A DNA stretch of 47,841 nucleotides from Candidatus Margulisiibacteriota bacterium (GTDB lineage Bacteria; Margulisbacteria; WOR-1; O2-12-FULL-45-9): the NCBI GenBank assembly GCA_043816785.1, contig JBDRHP010000005.1, forward strand, positions 1 to 47,841, given 5' to 3'. This document shows, piece after piece, positions 34,225 to 43,010 of this stretch. A model generated the notes under the pieces. It did no database searches. It was not told where the DNA came from and was given only the letters and a program-made list of their open reading frames with translations. Position 1 is the first letter of the stretch. Every line of letters starts with the position of its first letter. The position numbers and the translations under genes are program-made.

Positions 34225-36360
34225 CTAGAGTTCGCTCGTTCTGTGCCGCTCGCGCAACTCCCCGATCTTGCCTTTGTTCCAGCCAGGGATCCGAGAAAAG
34301 TAACCCGTGATCCTTGTTATCCCCTCAATGTTGCCTGAACTGCACTTTGGGCAGCGCTCATGTAAACCGCGGCTCGTCTTGCCGCAGTCAGCGCAAGCTG
34401 TAAACTCTGGCGAGAAGGCGATCTGCGCGTTCTGGGTGTTTTTGAACGTTTTGATCACAAAGTTGGCGATCGATGCAGCACTTGGCCGGGATTCCCCTAG
34501 CCAGACATGGGTCAACGCGCCGGCATCGATCAAGGGATGGAACAGCCCTTCCTGCTTGACCCGGTCGATCGGGTTCATGGGATGAGCAACATTAAAATAG
34601 GTTGAGTTAGTGTAATATATTTCTTTGTTGGCAGGGTTGCCCTTAATAACCTGCCGGGTCTGCTGGGGATAATGCTCCATATCCAGCTTGGCAAAGCGAT
34701 AGGCAGTTGATTCAGCCGGCGTCTGTTCCAAGACAAAATGCAGATCGTATTTCTCAGAAATCTCTTCACATTTTAGCTTAAGAAAAGAAACTATCTTTAA
34801 ACCAAAGCGCAGCGCCTCATTATCGGCGTGTAGTTCCTTACCCAGGTGATACTGGACCATTTCATTTAAGCCCAATATACCGATCAAGTGAGTAACGCGG
34901 CGCAAACGAAGATATGATTCTCCGTCACGGTTCGTGGTCAAAAGGGCCAAAGGACCACTAGCCCCTTCCCTAAGCAAATCCTCAATAAATACTCTTTTAT
35001 CCTTATGGGCCCTGGCCGCGACATCCAGCATTCTTTCGATCTGCTCAAATAATTGCGCGTCATTTTTTTCCGCCAGATAGGCGATGCGCGGCAGGTTAAC
35101 AGTCACATTCTGGATCGCGGAATATCTCATGCGCCAGGGCTCTTTAGCATCCTGAAGATCAGAATACTCCAGTTTAAACGACAGGCGGCAGCATTCGGAG
35201 ATCTTAGCAGTATCGCCGCGGTCAAAAACAAAATAGGTATTACCCTTGTCCGCTGCCACATCAGAGATCAAACTAAGAAATTCATCACAGCCCGGAGTAG
35301 CAAAGAACTTGTCGGTCATGTGCACCAGCGGCTTGGGAAAAAAGAACGGCCGGCCTGCCCCATCACCCTCCTGGTAGACTTCAAACAGGGCCCGGGCAAA
35401 AGATTGTGACTCAGGCAAATAATCCGCGTAATTTTTTCCGGTGAAGCGGCCTCCCCGGCCAATTGCCGGCACTGACTCAAAGTGCTTGGGCACTTCCCAG
35501 TAAATGTTCAAGTCAGAGAACAACCCCTGACCTCCCCGGGAAACCGCTACCGAAGCAAATTCAGTAATTAGTTTGCGCGCCAGCTTTTTCACATGGCCAA
35601 AACCGTAGCCTTCAAGATAAGGCGCGATAAAAAGATTGACCGCATCCCAGCCAATGGCCCCGGCAAAATGGCCATGCAAGGCAGTGGAAAACTTTACCAG
35701 GTGGGAGATCAATTCGTCAGCGTCTTCGGCTGGCTTGGCAGTGGCGGCCGCATCCGGCAGGTCCAGGCCAAACTTCTTAAGATACTCGATCGACTGGCCG
35801 CTGCAGTAAGGCCGGTCAACAAAACCCAGGTCATGCAAATGGATGTCCCCGCGCATATGGGCGTCAGCCACGGGCAAAGAAAAAACATTAAGTAACGCGT
35901 ATTCTTTTTTAATGTTCTCAGCCAGGGTCAGGTTGGTGGCTTCCGGTGAATGCGGCGTATTGGCGTTCTCTTTGTTCTTGTGGCAGATAATTTTTTTGAC
36001 ATCATAGACCGGAACGCCCAAACGGGTATGTTTGCGCCGGGCATCCTCCAGGCCGTATTCTAAAAGTTTAACGTCAACCAGTTCGCGGACCAGCGGCGCG
36101 GTAATGTTCTTGACTGCCATAGCCCGGATCTGCTTATCAACTTCAATGGCAATGATCGAGGCGATCTCAGAGTTGAGCCCGGTTTCTTTGACCAGGGCGG
36201 CCACGATCTTTTCCCGGTCCCAGGCAACGATATCGTCTGTTGAGGTGCGAACAAAAACCGAAAGATCTGTTGCTTCGGTTTCAGAACCTGCGACTGAACG
36301 TCGCGGTTCCGAAAATAAGGAACCGAGAAGTTTATTCTCAGGTTCCGTCTTAACTGACAT
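34225..36360 (-). CDS. nrdD: Anaerobic (class III) ribonucleoside-triphosphate reductase, copy 2
   Basis: ATP cone, ENAN, HLHDLG, PYCSG, SECCRL, EQTPAES, YYTNS, CxxC..CxxC, RITGYF glycyl-radical loop. Confidence 0.93.
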   Translation of the reverse strand: MSVKTEPENKLLGSLFSEPRRSVAGSETEATDLSVFVRTSTDDIVAWDREKIVAALVKETGLNSEIASIIAIEVDKQIRAMAVKNITAPLVRELVDVKLLEYGLEDARRKHTRLGVPVYDVKKIICHKNKENANTPHSPEATNLTLAENIKKEYALLNVFSLPVADAHMRGDIHLHDLGFVDRPYCSGQSIEYLKKFGLDLPDAAATAKPAEDADELISHLVKFSTALHGHFAGAIGWDAVNLFIAPYLEGYGFGHVKKLARKLITEFASVAVSRGGQGLFSDLNIYWEVPKHFESVPAIGRGGRFTGKNYADYLPESQSFARALFEVYQEGDGAGRPFFFPKPLVHMTDKFFATPGCDEFLSLISDVAADKGNTYFVFDRGDTAKISECCRLSFKLEYSDLQDAKEPWRMRYSAIQNVTVNLPRIAYLAEKNDAQLFEQIERMLDVAARAHKDKRVFIEDLLREGASGPLALLTTNRDGESYLRLRRVTHLIGILGLNEMVQYHLGKELHADNEALRFGLKIVSFLKLKCEEISEKYDLHFVLEQTPAESTAYRFAKLDMEHYPQQTRQVIKGNPANKEIYYTNSTYFNVAHPMNPIDRVKQEGLFHPLIDAGALTHVWLGESRPSAASIANFVIKTFKNTQNAQIAFSPEFTACADCGKTSRGLHERCPKCSSGNIEGITRITGYFSRIPGWNKGKIGELRERHRTSEL
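36273..36330. repeat. Palindromic insert in the 5' end of nrdD copy 2
   Basis: gaacc-t-gcgac-tgaac-gtcgc-ggttc with outer ttcggtt/aaccgag; adds about 16 aa relative to copy 1. Confidence 0.65.
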
Positions 36361-38461
36361 TAAAGTGCTCCTCGTTCCTGTAGCGATCTTTAAGTTCTGC
36401 GACCTTGCCCTTATTCCAGCCAGGGATCTTGGAAAAATATCCCGTGATCCTGGTTATCCCTTCAATGTTTTCCGACTGGCAATAGGGACAGGTATCGCGC
36501 AAGCCGCGGACGATCTTGCCGCACTCGTTGCAGGAAGTAAATTCCGGAGAAAAAGCGATCTGCGCGTTCTGGGTGTTGCAAAAGGTCTTGGTCACAAAAT
36601 TAGCAATTGAGGCCGGGCTGGGTTTTGATTCACCCAGCCAGACGTGGGTTAGCGCACCGGCATCGATCAACGGATGGAATAAGCCTTCCTGTTTGACCCT
36701 CTCAACCGGGTTCATCGGCTGGGAAACATTAAAATAGGTTGAGTTGGTATAATAGATCTCGCCGTCCTGGCCATTGCCTTTGACCACTTTTTTAGCAAAA
36801 CTGGGAAAATGTTTAATGTCAAGTTTCGCAAAACGATAAGCAGTGGACTCAGCCGGCGTCTGTTCCAGGACAAAATGCATCTTATACCGCTTGGACATCT
36901 CCTCGCACTTAAGCTTCATGTGAGAAGTAATTTTGAGCCCAAACCTTAGAGCGTCATTGCCTTCATGAAGCTCTTTGCCCAAATGCGCCTGGACCATCTC
37001 GTTTAAGCCTAAGATCCCGACCAGGTAACTCACCCGCCACATGCGTAAATAGGGCGAGCCGTCGCGTTTCATGGCTAGCATGGAAAGCGGGCCGCGCTGG
37101 CCGCTGGCCAGCAATTCCTCAATAAATTTCTTCTTCTGGATATGCGCCTGCGCGCACAGATCAAGGTACTGGTCAAGCAGCTCAAAAAGCTTGGCATCTG
37201 AACCGCCGGCTTTATAAGACAAACGCGGCAGGTTGATGGTTACGTTCTGCAAAGCTGAATAGCGCATGCGCCAGGGCTCACGGGCGTCATCCAGATCTGA
37301 CTTCTCAAGTTTAAAAGACAGGCGGCAGCATTCAGAGATCTTAGCGGTATCACCGCGGTCAAAAACATAATAAGTATTGCCCATTTCTGTTGAGACCTCG
37401 GAAATGTGCATTAAAAATTCTTCGTGGCGCGGGGTCTTAAAGAATTTGTCTGTTATGTGGACCAGCGGCTTGGGGAAAAAGAACGGCCGGCCTGCCCCAT
37501 CACCTTTCTTATACACATCGAACGGGGCCCAGGCAAAACGCTGAGACTCGTCTATATAATCAGCGTAGGTTTTGCCGGTGTACTCGCCGCCAGGGCCAAT
37601 GGCTGGCACCGTTTCAAAGTGCTTGGGTATTTCCCAGTAGATATTGATATCTGAGAAGATCGCCTGGCCGCCGCGAGCCACGGCCTGCTGGCTGTATTCA
37701 TAGATCATCATCTGGGCGATCTGATGGATTTCCTTATCAGATAACCCGACGAGAAACGGGGCAAAGAAAAGATTGACCGCGTCCCAGCCGATCGCGCCTG
37801 CAAACACGCCTTGCAGCGCGGCAGAGAACTTGACCATCTGGGCCAGGAGGACCTCGGCGTGCCTGGCCGGCTTGGCGATCGATAAAGCGTTTGGCAGGTC
37901 CAAGCCAAACTTCTTGACGTACTCAACTGACTGGCCGCTGCAGTACGGACGATCAATAAAACCCAGGTCATGCAAATGGATGTCGCCCAGCATGTGCGCG
38001 TCAGCAATATCCTGGGTAAAAACATAAAGCAGGGCAAATTCTTTTTTAATGCCTTCGGAAAGGGTCAGGTTAGTGGCTTCCGGGCCGTGCGGCACATTGG
38101 CATTCTCTTTGTTCTGGCTAAAAATGATCTCTTTCACGTCAAAGAGCGGCGAACCAAGTCGGGTATGGCGGCGGCGGGCTTCTTCTAAGCCATGCTCTAA
38201 AAGTTTAACGTCGACTAATTCGCGGACCAGCGGGGCGGTCACTGTGCGCAGGTTTAAATGCTTGATCTGCTCTTCAACTTCCGCGCCAATTATCTCCGCC
38301 ATCTCGCGATCTATGTTGGTCTCACGGATCAGCGCGGCAATGATCCGTTCCCTACTCCAACCAACGATATCCTCGGACGAAGTTCTGACAAATAATGCCA
38401 GGTCCGTTGCATCGGATTGTTTATTATTTTGTTCTTCAACGGTCGCTTGAGTCTGCATCAT
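36350..38461 (-). CDS. nrdD: Anaerobic (class III) ribonucleoside-triphosphate reductase, copy 1
   Basis: Same motif set as copy 2; AGGAGG RBS; directly after nrdR. Confidence 0.95.
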   Translation of the reverse strand: MMQTQATVEEQNNKQSDATDLALFVRTSSEDIVGWSRERIIAALIRETNIDREMAEIIGAEVEEQIKHLNLRTVTAPLVRELVDVKLLEHGLEEARRRHTRLGSPLFDVKEIIFSQNKENANVPHGPEATNLTLSEGIKKEFALLYVFTQDIADAHMLGDIHLHDLGFIDRPYCSGQSVEYVKKFGLDLPNALSIAKPARHAEVLLAQMVKFSAALQGVFAGAIGWDAVNLFFAPFLVGLSDKEIHQIAQMMIYEYSQQAVARGGQAIFSDINIYWEIPKHFETVPAIGPGGEYTGKTYADYIDESQRFAWAPFDVYKKGDGAGRPFFFPKPLVHITDKFFKTPRHEEFLMHISEVSTEMGNTYYVFDRGDTAKISECCRLSFKLEKSDLDDAREPWRMRYSALQNVTINLPRLSYKAGGSDAKLFELLDQYLDLCAQAHIQKKKFIEELLASGQRGPLSMLAMKRDGSPYLRMWRVSYLVGILGLNEMVQAHLGKELHEGNDALRFGLKITSHMKLKCEEMSKRYKMHFVLEQTPAESTAYRFAKLDIKHFPSFAKKVVKGNGQDGEIYYTNSTYFNVSQPMNPVERVKQEGLFHPLIDAGALTHVWLGESKPSPASIANFVTKTFCNTQNAQIAFSPEFTSCNECGKIVRGLRDTCPYCQSENIEGITRITGYFSKIPGWNKGKVAELKDRYRNEEHFNVS

Positions 38462-38470
38462 GCTATCCTC

Positions 38471-38938
38471 CTACCTGCCTGCCGGCAGGCAGGCGGTTAT
38501 TTCTTTTACTTCTTTGATGAACTCTGACAGGTCTTCAAACTTACGATACACCGAAGCAAAGCGTATGTAAGCGATCTTATCAACCTGCTGCAATTTTTCC
38601 ATGACCAATTCACCTAGTTTTGAGCTCAAGACTTCGCGGCCAGCTTCTTTGTGGATCTCTTTTTCGATCTCATCTACCATGCCTTCAATTAAATCCGCTG
38701 CCACCGGTCTCTTTTCACAGGCCCGGAAAATGCCCGCCAGAATTTTATCCCGGCTAAACTGTTCCCGACGGCCATCGCGCTTGATAACCAGAACGGGCTT
38801 TTCTTCTACCCGTTCATAAGAGGTAAAACGGCCGCGGCAGTCAGCACATTCTCGGCGGCGGCGAATAGCTTTGCCCTCATCAATTTCGCGGGATTCCAGG
38901 ACCTTATCTTCAATATTTTCACAAAATGGACATTTCAT
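38471..38938 (-). CDS. nrdR: Transcriptional repressor NrdR
   Basis: MKCPFC, IRRRREC..C..RFTSYE, ATP cone, AYIRFASVYR. Confidence 0.97.
   Translation of the reverse strand: MKCPFCENIEDKVLESREIDEGKAIRRRRECADCRGRFTSYERVEEKPVLVIKRDGRREQFSRDKILAGIFRACEKRPVAADLIEGMVDEIEKEIHKEAGREVLSSKLGELVMEKLQQVDKIAYIRFASVYRKFEDLSEFIKEVKEITACLPAGR
38474..38493. repeat. Perfect 20 bp palindrome CCTGCCTGCCGGCAGGCAGG at the nrdR 3' end
   Basis: Self-complementary; encodes the non-family tail CLPAGR. Confidence 0.8.
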
Positions 38939-38953
38939 CTAAAGACTCCATAA

Positions 38954-39000
38954 ATCACACATCTAGGGTGTGTGTGAATTTATCACACCATATGTGGGGG
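38954..39000. promoter_or_regulatory. Tandem NrdR boxes overlapping the nrdR-nrdD promoter
   Basis: acaccatatgtggggg (38985-39000) and accctagatgtgtgat (38954-38969, minus) resemble acaCwAtATaTwGtgt, 31 bp apart; TTGACA on minus at 39001-39006. Confidence 0.75.
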
Positions 39001-39020
39001 TGTCAAGAGGCTTCTTTCCC

Positions 39021-39968
39021 TTAATTGGGAAGGGATTCGCCGATTTTTACGTCGTGACCAATAACAAAATCATAAGCCGGCAGCCGCTTTTTACCGGCCG
39101 CTTGAACCTCCCGGATAAGCAGATGCCCCTCTCCAGTAGCGACAATAAAACCGTAATTCTTGACCAGCTGAACAACTGTCCCCGGCTGTTTATATTTTGT
39201 CTCTAAATCAACTACATGGATTTGCGACTGCCAGATCTTTAGCAACTTTTCTTTATAAAAAGTATGGGCAACCGGCCAAGGCACCAGCGCCCGGATCCGA
39301 TTGTGGATCTGTGCCGCGCTCTGGCGCCAGTCGAGCTCTCCGCTTTCTTTAGTGATCGCCGGCGCGTTAGTTGCGGCTGCCTCGTTTTGAGAGATATATT
39401 TTTCGTTTCCCTCTGCTATCTGCTGCAAAGCCTCAAGCAGTAGTTTGCCGCCAGCCGCGAATAATTTTTTCAAGAGAGTTTCTGTATTATCAGCCTCATC
39501 AATCTTCACTTTTTCCTGCAGGATGATCTCACCGCTGTCTAACAGCTCGTTGATCCGCATGATCGTGATGCCAGTTTCTTTTTCTCCATTGAGTAAAGCC
39601 CATTGCACAGGCGCCGCGCCGCGGTACTTTGGCAGCAGCGAGGCATGAACATTAATACAACCATATCGGGGAATGTCGATAATCGACTTGGGCAGGATCT
39701 TGCCGTAAGCAACGACAACAATAATGTCCGGCGCAATTGATTTTAGCAGGGAAATTAAAATCTCATTGCCCTTCACTTTTTCCGGCTGTTCCAAAGGCAG
39801 AGCATGTTTTAAAGCAATTTCTTTGACTGGCGGATAAGCCATTTTTTGTCCGCGGCCTTTAGGCCGGTCCGGCTGGGTAATGACCGCGGCCAGCTGATGT
39901 TTCTCTTTGACCAGCTGCGCCAATATCTGCGCCGCTTCCGCAGAAGTCCCCATAAAAACAATTTTCAT
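39021..39968 (-). CDS. fmt: Methionyl-tRNA formyltransferase
   Basis: IVFMGT, TQPDRPKGRG, VAYGKIL, NVHASLLPKYRGAAP. Confidence 0.97.
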   Translation of the reverse strand: MKIVFMGTSAEAAQILAQLVKEKHQLAAVITQPDRPKGRGQKMAYPPVKEIALKHALPLEQPEKVKGNEILISLLKSIAPDIIVVVAYGKILPKSIIDIPRYGCINVHASLLPKYRGAAPVQWALLNGEKETGITIMRINELLDSGEIILQEKVKIDEADNTETLLKKLFAAGGKLLLEALQQIAEGNEKYISQNEAAATNAPAITKESGELDWRQSAAQIHNRIRALVPWPVAHTFYKEKLLKIWQSQIHVVDLETKYKQPGTVVQLVKNYGFIVATGEGHLLIREVQAAGKKRLPAYDFVIGHDVKIGESLPN

Positions 39969-39969
39969 T

Positions 39970-42429
39970 TCACACCTTCTCCGCTACCGGCAAAGTAAAG
40001 AGGATCGTGGTCCCTTTACCCTGCCCAGCAGACTCAGCCCAGATCTTGCCGTTATGGTTGCCGATGATCTCTTTCACTATCGCCAAGCCCAACCCCACCC
40101 CGCCAACCTTGCGGGTCATAGTATCCTCGATCTGGTAAAACTTATTGAAGATCTTTTCCAGGTGCTCTTTATCAACCCCGATCCCGTTATCCTTAACTTC
40201 CACCTGAATAAAATCACCTTCATCCCTGGTGGAGATTTCTACGTTCAACGGCTCTTGCTCCTGCCCAAACTTCAGGGCGTTCTCGATCAAATTAATGAAA
40301 ACCTCGATCATCTTTTCCCGGTCGCCCATAAAATTGGCATTGCTGGCTTTTAAGTTCAACTTGATTTTGGTTTGCTTCTTGGACAGCTGTTGTTCAAGGG
40401 TCTTGGCCGCGGCATTAATGATATCATTGAGCGAAACCAGTTCCCGCTTAATAGTAAAACGTCCAGCCTCGATCTTAGAAAAATCAAGCAGCCGGTTGAT
40501 CAAGGTCAAAAGGCGCACATCATTCTCCTTCACGATATTCAAGTATTTCTTTTGATCCTCTGTCAGCGGACCGGTGGCCCCCGCCAGGAACAGAGAAACA
40601 TACCCGTCAACCGAGGTAACCGGCGTGCGCAGCTCATGCGAAACCATCGAGATAAATTCATTTTTCAGGCGGTCCAACTCGGTTAACCTGGCTACGGCTT
40701 CCTTTTCTTTTTCGTAAATGCCGACATTTTCCAGGGAGATCGCCAGCTGGTCGGAAATAGCCGCTAAAAGATTAACCTCTCTGTCCCCGGCATAATTGCG
40801 CATACCGCGCGAACCAATGATCAGGATACCCATTATTTTGCCCTTGGCTCGCAAAGGTGAAACCAGCAGGGTTTTTAAGCCGGTTTGTTTATAATAATCG
40901 TCCTGACAACGAGGGTCCCGGGACACATCCTCGGAAAAAATAACCGCCTTCTTTTGTAACGCCTCCCCCAGCAGTCCCTGGCCTTCTGTTATCTCAAGAT
41001 CATTAAACTCAATACCGCGAGAAAGGCGGGAGATAAACTTGCCTGCTTCATTTGGCACCAAGACGCAATAGCCGTCCGCTTTGATCACCGGCAAAAGATT
41101 ATCTATGGCCCGGCTGATCAGTAACTTAAAGTCCAGGCTGGAGCCGATCGCTTTAGAAATATTATAAAGGGCGCGCAGGTCCTCGGTCCGCTCTGCCACC
41201 TTCGTTTCCAGCTCGCGGTTCCATTGCTGCATGATCTCACGCGAGCGCTTGATCTCATCTGACATGTCATTGAAATAATTGGCCAGGTCACCGATCTCAT
41301 CATTGCTGTCCGGCTGGACCCTAAAACTAAAATCCCCCTTGGATACCCGCCCCATACCCAGGGAAATATTGCGCAAAGAAACCGAGAGTGTTTTAGCGAT
41401 CAGCACTGCCGCTAAAAAGACCAGCAGCCCGGTCAGCACCAGTAAAAACAGGGACTGGACCTGCAGATGGTCAAGTGCCATAACAAAGGCTTCACGCGAG
41501 GTCTTCACATCCCAGAGCAGCGGCTTATGGACGTATTGATCAATGATCTCCTTAAAAGAAACAAACATCAACAAAGATGAAATGGTGATCGGCAGCACAG
41601 CCAGCGCAGTAAAAAAGAACAGCAATTTTGTAAAGAACGGTACGCGAATCATTTTGCGCGGCGGCAACTCCTGGGCCCGAGGAATAAATCTGTTCTCCTG
41701 CACCCGGCTGACAAAAAACAAGTAGGCGCCAAAAGCAATCAAAATATACAACAAGCGCGCCAGCAACCTTTGCCAGGTCACCACCACAATGGAAATTTGC
41801 AGATATTCCAACAGGACAAAGATACCCGCCCCAAAATAAAGGGTAAAGTTGGCGGACTTTTTCTTCAGCAGCATTTCCAGGCTATCCTTAAGAATCGAAT
41901 AAACAGCCAAAACCGCCAGGGGCAAAAGCAGGCCAACTATATAGATCAGGCGGGCTAAGGCCCCGACTTGCCATTGCACACCCCAATAAGTAATAGTATG
42001 CAGGGTACTGTCCAAACGCCAGCTGACTACCACCATGGCCGAAGCCGCAACCACAAACAAAAAGGTCACCCGCCGGACAGTTGACTTGTTCTGCCAGATC
42101 CCTGCGGCAAAAAAATAGCCCAGGACTACGGCAGGCAGAACAAAGGTGATCTTTATTGGATAAGCGAACCAGCTAGCGAGCTGGACCAGATTAAGCCAGG
42201 CCGTCAGGTTGCCAAAAACCACTCCCAGCCAGTGCAGTCCGACCAAGCCTAAAAAGAGCGCGAAAGCTTTTTGCGTCAGGTCCTTTTTGCCTCGGGAATA
42301 GATCATCCAGGCGGCATAAGCACAGCCAAAAAAAACCAAGAAAGAGACAACAACATTATACAAATTACCAGCGTTAAGCCCTGCTACCTGAGCCGGGATA
42401 TAGCCTAGAGACGTTGTTTCACCTAACAT
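39970..42429 (-). CDS. Membrane sensor histidine kinase (multi-TM, HAMP, GAF, HisKA, HATPase)
   Basis: DEIGDLANYFNDM HAMP, SHELRTP, NLIENALKF, DNGIG, GVGLGL. Confidence 0.92.
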   Translation of the reverse strand: MLGETTSLGYIPAQVAGLNAGNLYNVVVSFLVFFGCAYAAWMIYSRGKKDLTQKAFALFLGLVGLHWLGVVFGNLTAWLNLVQLASWFAYPIKITFVLPAVVLGYFFAAGIWQNKSTVRRVTFLFVVAASAMVVVSWRLDSTLHTITYWGVQWQVGALARLIYIVGLLLPLAVLAVYSILKDSLEMLLKKKSANFTLYFGAGIFVLLEYLQISIVVVTWQRLLARLLYILIAFGAYLFFVSRVQENRFIPRAQELPPRKMIRVPFFTKLLFFFTALAVLPITISSLLMFVSFKEIIDQYVHKPLLWDVKTSREAFVMALDHLQVQSLFLLVLTGLLVFLAAVLIAKTLSVSLRNISLGMGRVSKGDFSFRVQPDSNDEIGDLANYFNDMSDEIKRSREIMQQWNRELETKVAERTEDLRALYNISKAIGSSLDFKLLISRAIDNLLPVIKADGYCVLVPNEAGKFISRLSRGIEFNDLEITEGQGLLGEALQKKAVIFSEDVSRDPRCQDDYYKQTGLKTLLVSPLRAKGKIMGILIIGSRGMRNYAGDREVNLLAAISDQLAISLENVGIYEKEKEAVARLTELDRLKNEFISMVSHELRTPVTSVDGYVSLFLAGATGPLTEDQKKYLNIVKENDVRLLTLINRLLDFSKIEAGRFTIKRELVSLNDIINAAAKTLEQQLSKKQTKIKLNLKASNANFMGDREKMIEVFINLIENALKFGQEQEPLNVEISTRDEGDFIQVEVKDNGIGVDKEHLEKIFNKFYQIEDTMTRKVGGVGLGLAIVKEIIGNHNGKIWAESAGQGKGTTILFTLPVAEKV

Positions 42430-42921
42430 TTATATTAATTCTTCCTTTTTTTCCTTGGCAAAAACCACATGCTTTATCAGGCTCGGGTCTGATACCCGAT
42501 CAATAAAGACCTTGCCATCAAGGTGGTCGATCTCATGCTGCAAAACCGTGGCCAGCAGATCCTCGGCCTCAATAGTAACGGCTTGTCCTTCACGGCTCAA
42601 GCCCTTAACAGTAACCCGGGCAGCGCGTTCAACCGGCGCCTCTACCCCGGGCAGCGACAAGCAGCCTTCGGTAAAGGTTTGTTTGCCTTGCTTGGTCACA
42701 ATCCTTGGATTAGCCAGCGCGATTTCTCCTGCCCCAATATCCGCCACAATTATTCTCAGCGACTCGCCGATCTGCGGCGCGGCCAGACCGATCCCGGGCG
42801 CCGCGTGCATGATCTTGATCATTTGATCCATTAGTTTGATGATCTGCGGAGTGATCCGTTTTACTGCCTTGGCTTTTTTGCGCAAGACCGGATTGGGAAA
42901 TCTAATGACCTGTTGTTTCAC
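42430..42921 (-). CDS. def: Peptide deformylase
   Basis: GIGLAAPQ, EGCLS, QHEIDHLDG; start placed at GTG 42921 (TATAAT 6 nt upstream). Confidence 0.96.
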   Translation of the reverse strand: MKQQVIRFPNPVLRKKAKAVKRITPQIIKLMDQMIKIMHAAPGIGLAAPQIGESLRIIVADIGAGEIALANPRIVTKQGKQTFTEGCLSLPGVEAPVERAARVTVKGLSREGQAVTIEAEDLLATVLQHEIDHLDGKVFIDRVSDPSLIKHVVFAKEKKEELI

Positions 42922-42965
42922 GCCCAAATTATACCTTACTTTATGGCTGATTTCACATCAAAAAT

Positions 42966-42992
42966 GAAATTTTGCCTGTAAATTGATGATAA
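42966..42992 (+). promoter_or_regulatory. sigma28-like promoter GAAATTTT-N11-GATGATAA
   Basis: Same spacing as the two other copies; upstream of the AAGGTG RBS and ATG 43011. Confidence 0.5.
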
Positions 42993-43010
42993 ATATAAGG
43001 TGAGAGATAA

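Noticed and set aside
37524-37530. Pro in nrdD copy 1 (AWAPFDVY) where copy 2 has Leu
   Set aside because: Single-base difference that could be a variant or a sequencing error; not interpretable without reads
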